This document shows, piece by piece, positions 37,039 through 45,209 of a stretch of 64,000 nt of DNA. The notes below the pieces were generated by a model. That model had not been told where the DNA came from. It searched no databases and saw only the letters and a program-made list of their open reading frames with translations. Position numbers and translations under genes: made by a program. Source of the stretch: a virus (lineage: Duplodnaviria; Caudoviricetes). The stretch spans positions 160,001 to 224,000 of IMG/VR virus record IMGVR_UViG_3300014204_013734; one strand, given 5' to 3'. Numbering within the stretch: the stretch's first letter is position 1; the number at the start of each line of letters is the position of its first letter.

Positions 37039-37255
37039 CGTTCCCCCACTTATGTGGGGTGATCTTGGAACCCCTTTGGTGAGTATTCCCCACATCAGTG
37101 GGGATGAACCGCGGCGTGGATTACGTTCCCTACACACGTGGGGATGGCCCGTGCTCGGCGTTTGTTCGTTCCTAATTCCCCACGTTAGTGGGGGTGACCC
37201 GTGGGACATCACCTTAGATTTTGATGTTGTTCCCCACATTAGTGGGCGTTGACTG
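37039..37255 (+). CRISPR. Degenerate type I-E-like CRISPR mini-array: 5 repeats, 4 short spacers (about 15, 11, 21, 25 nt), no cas genes in window
   Basis: Repeats at about 37039-37067, 37083-37111 (GTATTCCCCACATCAGTGGGGATGAACCG), 37123-37151, 37173-37201, 37227-37255. All keep a TCCC(C/T)AC-N4-GTGGG(G) hairpin; 8-nt 3' handles ATGAACCG, ATGGCCCG, GTGACCCG. Confidence 0.8.
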
Positions 37256-37271
37256 ACCAGAGGGGTTCCAA

Positions 37272-38471
37272 TTGTACTTTCAGTTAACCGAACAATTGAA
37301 ACGACGGTTCATTTTAGAACTCCGTCGTTTCTGGTCTACACATCCCCACTACTCCGACATTGTTGACAAAATTCAAGGGAAGTTTTCCTTCAAGGAACGT
37401 CCTTCCTACGGCATTATTGTCAAGACTTCCGGAGGTAACCGGGTTGACCTTTCCGCCGACAACTATATGGCTATGACGATCAGTTACGTCCACTTGGCGC
37501 GTGCAAGAAACAATCCTGGGGTTGCCATAGAATGGGTTCGTGAAGATTCTGTTGCCATTCAAAATAATGGAGGTATTTTTCCGTCTCTGCCTGGTGTTTA
37601 CTGGATTGAATTGACGGAGGATACTGAATTTTACGTTGACCCTCTCCTGAACATTGTCGGGGAAATCCCAACCCCTATTGACCTTACGACGTTTCAGTTG
37701 CAGCACGCCCCTGTTGCTGGGACTGTCCGTTTGTATGAGATGCCTGCCCGTTATATGTTGGTAGAGGGACAGAACTACACACTTTCCCTTGGACCTGATG
37801 GGAAACCGAATGGTGAAATCATTCTGACGACTCCGTTGACCAGAGACCGCTTTCTGGTAGCGGATTATCGTTTTCCAGCCCCCTCCCGTGGACCTTTCGT
37901 TTTGAACCCCGGTTATGCTGATAACAAAGCAATCCCGGGTGTGATTTTGGCATTTGGTAGGAGGAATCAGAAGGGTGATAAACTTGTTGTCATCGTTGAC
38001 GAAATTCGTCGTCCAGTTGCGTTGGAGTATGGTGGAAAATGGGACGTCACCTTAGATTTTGATGTCATTGCCAGAGATGTTCATGCACAGCAGGAAATTG
38101 CAGATGCAACCGTCGTCTGGATTTGGGCTGTCCTTCGGTCTTGGATGTCCCAGGAAGGTTTGGAAATTACCGACCTGTCCATGGGGGGTGAATCGGAGGA
38201 AACCTACGATGAAGCTGGTGACGACTATTTCTACAACTCTTCGTTTTCCTTGACCGTTCAGACTGATTGGCGCCTCCAGGTTCCTTTGAGTGCCTTTATC
38301 CGGCAAGTTACTCCTGAAACCAGCATTTATGCCCGGGGATTGGCTTCTATCCCGGATGCCCAGTTGGCTTTAACCCAACAGGGGATTAGGGCGGCTACCG
38401 ACTTGGGTTTGGAACTGGTTTCCGACCCCTTCTTTTCCGGGCGTATTGCCACATACGAACAAGTCCGGTGA
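37272..38471 (+). CDS. Putative tail terminator/neck structural protein
   Basis: TTG start after GAGGGG. C-terminal LDFDVIARD..QQEIAD..SFSLTVQTDW fits a tail-terminator fold; lies upstream of the sheath. Confidence 0.5.
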   Translation: MYFQLTEQLKRRFILELRRFWSTHPHYSDIVDKIQGKFSFKERPSYGIIVKTSGGNRVDLSADNYMAMTISYVHLARARNNPGVAIEWVREDSVAIQNNGGIFPSLPGVYWIELTEDTEFYVDPLLNIVGEIPTPIDLTTFQLQHAPVAGTVRLYEMPARYMLVEGQNYTLSLGPDGKPNGEIILTTPLTRDRFLVADYRFPAPSRGPFVLNPGYADNKAIPGVILAFGRRNQKGDKLVVIVDEIRRPVALEYGGKWDVTLDFDVIARDVHAQQEIADATVVWIWAVLRSWMSQEGLEITDLSMGGESEETYDEAGDDYFYNSSFSLTVQTDWRLQVPLSAFIRQVTPETSIYARGLASIPDAQLALTQQGIRAATDLGLELVSDPFFSGRIATYEQVR

Positions 38472-38540
38472 TTTTCGTTATTCTCCTTATCGGACACAAC
38501 TTTTGGTGAGGGTTATATCCTTTTTCCAAGGAGGTACGGC

Positions 38541-38993
38541 TTGCCGATTTTTGATTATCAGTGTTCGTGCGGAATCCGGTTTGAAGCCCCAGGTAAAATG
38601 TCGGAAAACATGAAGCCTTGTCTTTGTCCGGGATGTGGGAAGGATGCCGAACGGATTGTTCCTTCTACGTTGGAAAGTGTATTCCACCAAGACGTGACAG
38701 GTCCGGTTCCCCAGAACACGGGGATTTCCGCAATTGATGCGGACATTGACCGAGCCATCGGCAAATCGTCGGAAACCGGCTGGAAGGCGCATGTCGAACG
38801 TGTGGCTGAGAAAAAGAGGATACTTTCTGAAAATCCCGAAGCTTCAGGTTACGACCTTACGGAAACCCCGGATGGGGATTTTGAAGTTATGCCGAAGGAT
38901 AAACGGGGGTTCCAGGATAGGGCTTTGGAAATCAACACCTTGGCTGTTGGAACATTGAAAAAAGAAGCCCTTCCAAAAGGGGATGGAAAATAA
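38541..38993 (+). CDS. FmdB-family zinc-ribbon protein
   Basis: AAGGAGG RBS; MPIFDYQCSCG..FE..CPGCG. Confidence 0.8.
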   Translation: MPIFDYQCSCGIRFEAPGKMSENMKPCLCPGCGKDAERIVPSTLESVFHQDVTGPVPQNTGISAIDADIDRAIGKSSETGWKAHVERVAEKKRILSENPEASGYDLTETPDGDFEVMPKDKRGFQDRALEINTLAVGTLKKEALPKGDGK

Positions 38994-39809
38994 GTGCGGA
39001 CCTATTTGATTTACAAGGCAACTTCTCCTTCCGGGAAGATTTACGTAGGGCTTACCAGCCAAAAAATGAAGGTGAGAAAACACCAACATTATTCGTCAGC
39101 TAAGCGGTTTCAAAGTTCTGGGGCTTTCCAGAAGGCCCTTCTCAAGTACAGGACTGCTATGACGTGGGACATCTTGGAATCTGGACTTCCTGACTTTGAA
39201 GCTGCCGCTGCCAGGGAACGGTATTACATAGCCTTGTTTGGAGCAAATATCTCAGGTAAAGGCTACAACCACACGGAAGGAGGGGGTCAAGGAAGACCCT
39301 TGAATTCCAAGAATTCCAAATCTAATATTGATCCGGTCTTGCGTTCTGATGGGATTGTTTTTCCTTCTGCACGGGCTGCTGCTTTGGCTATGGGAGCAAA
39401 GTGTGATTGGGCTGTTGGAAAGGCCATCAAGAATAAAGGCACCTGTGGTGGATTTTCTTTTCGGCGGATATCCGTTGAAGAATATGAATCTTTGAAAGAA
39501 ACATGTACCCCTAAGAACGTTCCCATTGTTCATTGGACTTATGCTAGGACTTTTTCTGATGCCGTCAGACGGAAGATATCGGAAACAAAAAAAGGGAAAC
39601 CTTTAAAGCACACCAGCAAACCTGTTAGGCGTTCGGATGGGGTTTTGTTTCCGTCCATAAAAGAAGCAGCGATTTCGGTTGGTACGACATCAGACGCTTT
39701 ACGCTATGCTGCACAAAGAAACCAACTTTGTCATGGGTTTTTATTTGAGATTTTTCCGAAAGGAATTTCGGTGGTCGCCCTATTGAAACCCCTTGGTGGA
39801 CAGGATTGA
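38994..39809 (+). CDS. GIY-YIG homing endonuclease with NUMOD-type DNA-binding repeats
   Basis: LIYKATSPSGKIYVGLT, ERYYIALF, GYNHTEGG; two RSDG..FPS..AA repeats; RRKISETKKG. Confidence 0.88.
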   Translation: MRTYLIYKATSPSGKIYVGLTSQKMKVRKHQHYSSAKRFQSSGAFQKALLKYRTAMTWDILESGLPDFEAAAARERYYIALFGANISGKGYNHTEGGGQGRPLNSKNSKSNIDPVLRSDGIVFPSARAAALAMGAKCDWAVGKAIKNKGTCGGFSFRRISVEEYESLKETCTPKNVPIVHWTYARTFSDAVRRKISETKKGKPLKHTSKPVRRSDGVLFPSIKEAAISVGTTSDALRYAAQRNQLCHGFLFEIFPKGISVVALLKPLGGQD

Positions 39810-39830
39810 TCCTCCAGAAGGAGAACCAAA

Positions 39831-42800
39831 ATGGCTTTTTTCGATAGCAAGAACTATGCGCCGCCGGGAGTTTTCACGAGGACACAGTTCGAAAATCCCA
39901 TTGCCGGGGCACTTGAAACCTTTAAGATTCCGGTCTTCATTGGGGAAGGTAATGAATATCTGACCCAAAACGATCTGGAAATCGTCCGCGGTTCTTCTTC
40001 TACCGTGGATCAACGGATCGTAGGGGAAGACGAGACGGGAAGGGCTGTGGTGTCCATTTCCCAAGCTGGGGCAGTGACCCTTGGGGCTTATGACGGCATC
40101 CTGGACAAAATTCAGGTCCACAAATTCCCCATCACGGACGGAAGCGGTACAGGCCGTGTGGCTACTGGTCGCGGTGACGTGCTTGTTACCTTCAATAACC
40201 AGCCCGTTGTTGTTCGTGCCCTGGATGGCACCAATGGTATCATCCAGGTAGCAACGCCTCCCAAGTTGACGGATCTTGTCCGTGTCACGTATTACTTCAA
40301 ACGGACGGACACGCAGATCACGGATGACTTGTCCGATCAAGTGTCTCCAGATCCCGCAATTGTCAGGGGCACGGTTGGTGTTGCAGATGCAAATTCCCCG
40401 GTCGGTCAGGCGGGTTCTATCGGGTACGCAGAAGTCATCAACCTGCATGGGGATATCACGAATTCCCAGGGACAGGTTGTTGTTCCCGCCAATAACGTGT
40501 TGAGTCTGGCGGTAGATGGAATTCGTTACACGATCACCATTTCTCCTCGTACCGATTACACGATGGCTCAGATTGCATCCGCCATCACGGCAGCGGGAGC
40601 CGGAACCCTTGTGGGTTCTTCCTTTATCAACAACTACGGCTTGTCGGCATTGCAACTTTCCGCCGACAGCAGCATCGTGGTTTACACGTCTACAGCCAAC
40701 GCTCCTCTGGGTCTCCAGACGGGTCAGGCGGATTTGCGCACGTCCACGTTTTATACGTTCCAAGGTCCTATCGTGGATGGCAGCAACGGCGGTGTTACTA
40801 CGACTGATCCGGCGCATGTTACCGTTAGGGTTGACGGCAGGCAGGTTATCCCAAGTTCGGTTGACGGGGCAAACCGTGCCGTTGTTCTTCCCTATGCTCC
40901 GAAGGCCGGATCCAGGGTTGCTGTGACTTACTGGTTCAATGCGTGGCAAGACACGTTTGACTATCTGGCCAATTATGGGGTCACGGAAATTACCAAGTGT
41001 GGGGACGTTCCAGGAGGAAGTTCCTACACGCAGGACGCCGATTTTATCCTGAAGGACAGCTTGGTCGTTTGGGGAACCGCTTCTCTTATCAGCAGCGGCG
41101 TAAATACCCAAGGTTCGGAACGGTTTGATTCTACGCAGGTGACCGCCAACTTGATTGACAACCGAACGTATTTGTCCGCTTGCACGGAAGTGGCCGGGGG
41201 CGGTCGGTTGCAGTTCCTGCTTCCCTTTGAACCAACGTTGGGCAACGGCCGCGACACCCCCCTGGGACAGAGTCTTTTCCAGACGGTTTCCAACGGGCGC
41301 ATCGACCTTCCTGTTGACCGTCCTGATGTCATTTTTGCTTACTGGGGATTCGATGTCCAGGACGCCTTGGAACGGGGTCGGGTCACTGTCTTGAAAGTCG
41401 TGGACGGTGTCATCACTCTGTCGGAAACCGTTCCTGTTGGGGCGAACGTCTATGCGACGTTCTGGCACAACCTCTTGACCGACAATACATTCACCCTGAC
41501 GTGTGTCAACCCCGGTGTTTCCAGTGTCGGCACCTATTCCATTCAGGATCAGGGGGAAAACGACATCTTCGGGGCCACCTACGACATGGGGACGAAAGGT
41601 GCGTCCCTGAACGGTATTACCATCGAGTTCCCGTCAGGATCCGAATGGGTCCCTGACCTGCATTTTGAAGGCCTGTCAGGCAATGATTTTTCCGGTCCTG
41701 TTGAGGAAATCGTTACCGTTCAGTTTGCCAGCCGTGATGCTACACCGGCCAAGTGGACGGTTCCCGGGGCTGGTCCTTATGAGTTCATCAAGAATCAGTC
41801 CGACCGCCTGAATGTCAAAGTGCATAGCGTGCCGTCGGGAGATGCAGGGATCAACCTGACATCCCCTGTCCCGGAATCCGGCCAGGACGGCGGGTTCTTC
41901 GCCAGTTTGGTGAGTGAAGAAATCGTCTACACGGGAGGTACGGGTTCAACGAGAGGCAAGAGCTATTCTTTTGATTCGTCAGAAGAATTCAGCGTCATCG
42001 TTGACCAGGTTACTGTGTCGGCCAAAACTTCCAGCGGAACTCCGTTCCAGAACCAGACCATCGGTTATTTGGCTACGGTCCTCAACGAAGCGGCTGGCGG
42101 GCACACCGCCTTGGCGCAGGGCGCCGGTACGACGGACACCATTGTCCTTCGTTCTACTTCCCGGTCCAACGTGAACAACTACTATGTCGGTTGGAGGGTA
42201 GTCATCGGCAATGGTGCGGCGGCTATCACCGCCGGACAGACGAGGACGATTACGGCTTATGACGGCACGACCGGCATTGCAACCATTGACGGTGTGTGGA
42301 GTGGTGGTGGGGCGACGGCCAACAATGATCCGTATCACATCTATAACCCGTCTGCCCGCAGTGTGATGGTTGGGGCTACGGAATTCAACGGACCCGTGAC
42401 GATTACGGCGGGTCATCATGACCGCATCAGTCTCGTGTACGGTGATTTGGTCGGAAATCTGATCTTTTCGGCGCAACTCGGGGCAAGCACTTACGCTACA
42501 CCAAATGAACTGGCCATCGAGGTCCAGGACAAGATTCAGGCTGTCATTGACGCTGCTGTTGTGGCTACGGATCGTCTTGGTTTGGCTGTGGAAGTCGCTG
42601 CGGATGCCAGCGGCAGACTTGAATTCCGTCTGCAACTTCCCGGCAAGGCGGCGGCAGGATTTATACAATTCCTTAACGCTGCTACCGTAGCCCAGGACTT
42701 CAGTATCCTTGCCGGACTTGACACGGCAGCGGCCGTCAAGGGCGGGCAGGCCATGCTTTTGCAAGGTCCTGTCGCCAGAACGTATGAATGCCCCGACGCT

Positions 42801-45128
42801 AACAGCGTCCGTCCTTACGACCGTTTAATCCTTCGTAACCGGCTCACCCCTGGTGGTGGAGCAGGTTCTTCCATGGATCCGCACTGGAATGAATCCCAGA
42901 TGTCCCTGGAAGTTCAGGTTGGCAATGAAAAGGCAGGCCTTGTGTCCGGGGCTTGGGGTGAGGGCGGCAAGTCCGCTTCCGTTCGTCCCGCTACGACTAT
43001 GGGGCGTGTCGGATTTTCCGGTGGTATGAACGGTCTGACCGGGGAACCGGTTGTTACCTTCTATGACGGTGCAGGAGTTGTTGCTGCCAACAACGTGTTT
43101 TCGTTCACTATGGACGGAACTCCGGTGACAGCAACCTTCACCGGATCGTCTACCGGTACGGCAACTGATCTGGGACCTGTTTCATCCGCCGCTTCTGTCC
43201 TTGGACAGATTGCAGCCGCTATGGCAGCAGTTCCCGGCGCTCCGTTCGGCACCTTGGTTAATATCAGGGATACCCTCAAGTTGGTCCGGCAGGAAGGTGC
43301 AGGCATCCGATTCACTGGAACCCGCACGGACACCCGTTCAAGGATCGTTATCGGAAGCGGAAGTGCAAACAGTGTCCTCGGATTTTCCGCCGGCACTATC
43401 GCTCTTCGCGAAACGGTATCAGCCCGCAAGACAGCGTCCGCCTTGATGGCCGATTCCAACACCAATTCCATTGTTTGGTGGCTGTCATTCACGTCTGTCA
43501 CCAACCATTTCGCCAACAACGGTATTGCATCCGTTGAAACGGACGCTTCCGGTTCTGAATACCTCTACTTGCAGGATACGCCTACGGTTTATACGAACCT
43601 TGGGGCTGCTTCTACCATTCGGGTGTCCGACACGACCGGAAGCATTCAGAATGCCCTGTCCTTCAACACCGGTTTGAACATCAGGAGCGGTTCCGGGGCG
43701 GCTGGTGAATCGGCTCTTGACGGGTACTTCGTGATTTCCAACATCACTGATGGATCAGGATCCATCAACACGTCCATTCTCAACAATGGAATTGGACAGG
43801 ACGGTATTGTCGGGCAGACTTACCGGGACGAAATCACGGGTTTGACTTTCACAATCCTCCCCCGCGGGTGGGGTTCCAACCAAATCGGTCCGTGGCTTTC
43901 GTATCCTACCGGGGCTAATGCAACGTTCCGGTTCAATGTGTCCAAGACGTTCGTGACGAACGCCAACCTTCCGATCAATGCCCTCAACGGCGTTGAATTG
44001 ACTGTTTCCAATACGGACGGTGTTGGTATTGGCGACACGGCTTTGGTGGAAACGTTTGAACGTGGCGGGCAGGAACCGGTGAACGGCGACCTGTACTACG
44101 TGTCCTATGTTTACCAGAAAGAGGCGTTCACGACCGCCTTCTACACGAAGTTGTCGGCCATCGAGGCGGCTTACGGAACGGAAAGTGTCAACAACCCATT
44201 GACCTTGGCAGCTTATCTGTCCATCATCAATGGCGCCGTTTTGGTCGGCCTTACACAAGTCCCAAGAGAAGAAGGACAGCAATACGCTTCCTTGGCGTCT
44301 TACCGGAATGCCATTGATTCGTTGGAAGGAACACTCCCTGGTTTCGTGAAACCGGACGAGGTTATCCCGCTTCGGGGCGATTCCACAGACCTTTACCAGT
44401 ACCTCAAACGCAGCAATGAGTTGATGTCCTCAGTGCGTTACAAGTCCGAACGTACGTCCATTATCGGGGTTGCCGCAGGCACACTTCCGGAAGCGGCTGG
44501 AACGTTGGCCCAGGCACTTGGTGACATGCGTATGCGGCTCGTTTACCCTGACATCGCCGTCATCACTTTGACGGATAACACCGGGGCCAGCAAGGAAGAA
44601 CTGGTTGACGGTCCCATGATCGCCGCCGGTTTGGCAGGTTCAGTTGTGAGTCCGAACCTTGACGTGGCTACCCCGTGGACGGGGCGGAGGCTGGTCGGTT
44701 ACACGCAGCTTGGCCGCGTTCTGGATATGGTGGAACAGAATCAGTTGGCCCAGAAAGGTATTACGATCCTTGAAGATCGGCCTCCCTTCCTTCGGGTACG
44801 TCATGGTCTTACGACAGACATGACCAACAATCTGACGAAGTTGCCGACCATCGTACTGATTGCCGACGAAGTTCAACAGCAGTCTCGGGCCGCGTTGGAG
44901 CCGTTCATCGGAACCAAGTTCCTGCCGGGCATCTTGACTCAGGTGGAAGGTCGGTTGGCAATGACCCTGAAACAACTCGTGAAGGCCCAGATCATCAGTG
45001 CGTACACGGGAGTTAAGGCTACGGTGTCGGTTGACGATCCCACAAGTGCCGAAATCTCTGCCTACTACTCACCCGTTTTCCCACTTTTATATTTGCTTTT
45101 GACATTTGGGCTTCGGAGTTCCTTGTAA
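39831..45128 (+). CDS. Contractile tail sheath protein with large insertions (1765 aa)
   Basis: N-term YAPPGVFTRT; C-terminal sheath domain (RMRLVYPD, AAGLAG, QNQLAQKGITILE, RVRHGLTT, YSPVFPLLYLLLTF). Confidence 0.88.
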   Translation: MAFFDSKNYAPPGVFTRTQFENPIAGALETFKIPVFIGEGNEYLTQNDLEIVRGSSSTVDQRIVGEDETGRAVVSISQAGAVTLGAYDGILDKIQVHKFPITDGSGTGRVATGRGDVLVTFNNQPVVVRALDGTNGIIQVATPPKLTDLVRVTYYFKRTDTQITDDLSDQVSPDPAIVRGTVGVADANSPVGQAGSIGYAEVINLHGDITNSQGQVVVPANNVLSLAVDGIRYTITISPRTDYTMAQIASAITAAGAGTLVGSSFINNYGLSALQLSADSSIVVYTSTANAPLGLQTGQADLRTSTFYTFQGPIVDGSNGGVTTTDPAHVTVRVDGRQVIPSSVDGANRAVVLPYAPKAGSRVAVTYWFNAWQDTFDYLANYGVTEITKCGDVPGGSSYTQDADFILKDSLVVWGTASLISSGVNTQGSERFDSTQVTANLIDNRTYLSACTEVAGGGRLQFLLPFEPTLGNGRDTPLGQSLFQTVSNGRIDLPVDRPDVIFAYWGFDVQDALERGRVTVLKVVDGVITLSETVPVGANVYATFWHNLLTDNTFTLTCVNPGVSSVGTYSIQDQGENDIFGATYDMGTKGASLNGITIEFPSGSEWVPDLHFEGLSGNDFSGPVEEIVTVQFASRDATPAKWTVPGAGPYEFIKNQSDRLNVKVHSVPSGDAGINLTSPVPESGQDGGFFASLVSEEIVYTGGTGSTRGKSYSFDSSEEFSVIVDQVTVSAKTSSGTPFQNQTIGYLATVLNEAAGGHTALAQGAGTTDTIVLRSTSRSNVNNYYVGWRVVIGNGAAAITAGQTRTITAYDGTTGIATIDGVWSGGGATANNDPYHIYNPSARSVMVGATEFNGPVTITAGHHDRISLVYGDLVGNLIFSAQLGASTYATPNELAIEVQDKIQAVIDAAVVATDRLGLAVEVAADASGRLEFRLQLPGKAAAGFIQFLNAATVAQDFSILAGLDTAAAVKGGQAMLLQGPVARTYECPDANSVRPYDRLILRNRLTPGGGAGSSMDPHWNESQMSLEVQVGNEKAGLVSGAWGEGGKSASVRPATTMGRVGFSGGMNGLTGEPVVTFYDGAGVVAANNVFSFTMDGTPVTATFTGSSTGTATDLGPVSSAASVLGQIAAAMAAVPGAPFGTLVNIRDTLKLVRQEGAGIRFTGTRTDTRSRIVIGSGSANSVLGFSAGTIALRETVSARKTASALMADSNTNSIVWWLSFTSVTNHFANNGIASVETDASGSEYLYLQDTPTVYTNLGAASTIRVSDTTGSIQNALSFNTGLNIRSGSGAAGESALDGYFVISNITDGSGSINTSILNNGIGQDGIVGQTYRDEITGLTFTILPRGWGSNQIGPWLSYPTGANATFRFNVSKTFVTNANLPINALNGVELTVSNTDGVGIGDTALVETFERGGQEPVNGDLYYVSYVYQKEAFTTAFYTKLSAIEAAYGTESVNNPLTLAAYLSIINGAVLVGLTQVPREEGQQYASLASYRNAIDSLEGTLPGFVKPDEVIPLRGDSTDLYQYLKRSNELMSSVRYKSERTSIIGVAAGTLPEAAGTLAQALGDMRMRLVYPDIAVITLTDNTGASKEELVDGPMIAAGLAGSVVSPNLDVATPWTGRRLVGYTQLGRVLDMVEQNQLAQKGITILEDRPPFLRVRHGLTTDMTNNLTKLPTIVLIADEVQQQSRAALEPFIGTKFLPGILTQVEGRLAMTLKQLVKAQIISAYTGVKATVSVDDPTSAEISAYYSPVFPLLYLLLTFGLRSSL

Positions 45129-45159
45129 TTTCAGGTACTTACAAACCTGAACAAACCGT

Positions 45160-45188
45160 TTGACAACCTCCTTGGGCCATGGTAATGT
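45160..45188 (+). promoter_or_regulatory. Sigma70-like promoter
   Basis: TTGACA-17 nt-TAATGT with TG extension; AAGGAGG RBS follows. Confidence 0.6.
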
Positions 45189-45209
45189 GACCCAAGGAGG
45201 TTGTTTTTT

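Noticed and set aside
37152-37172. Spacer 3 similarity to 19965-19980 (gctcggcgtttg.tc) in the neck gene, and its SAFVR reading versus SAFIR near 38289
   Set aside because: A 12-nt core can occur by chance in 64 kb, the flank (GTA) is not a I-E PAM and the 3' part diverges; left unassigned
37052-37252. 66-aa ORF (and minus-strand ORFs) across the repeat array
   Set aside because: Its repeated PH.SG peptide merely translates the DNA repeats, and it has no RBS
37202-38064. Spacer 4 / gene match read as a DGR template-variable repeat pair (the mismatch is A vs G)
   Set aside because: Only about 25 nt, no reverse transcriptase in the window, and the copy is flanked by CRISPR-type repeats
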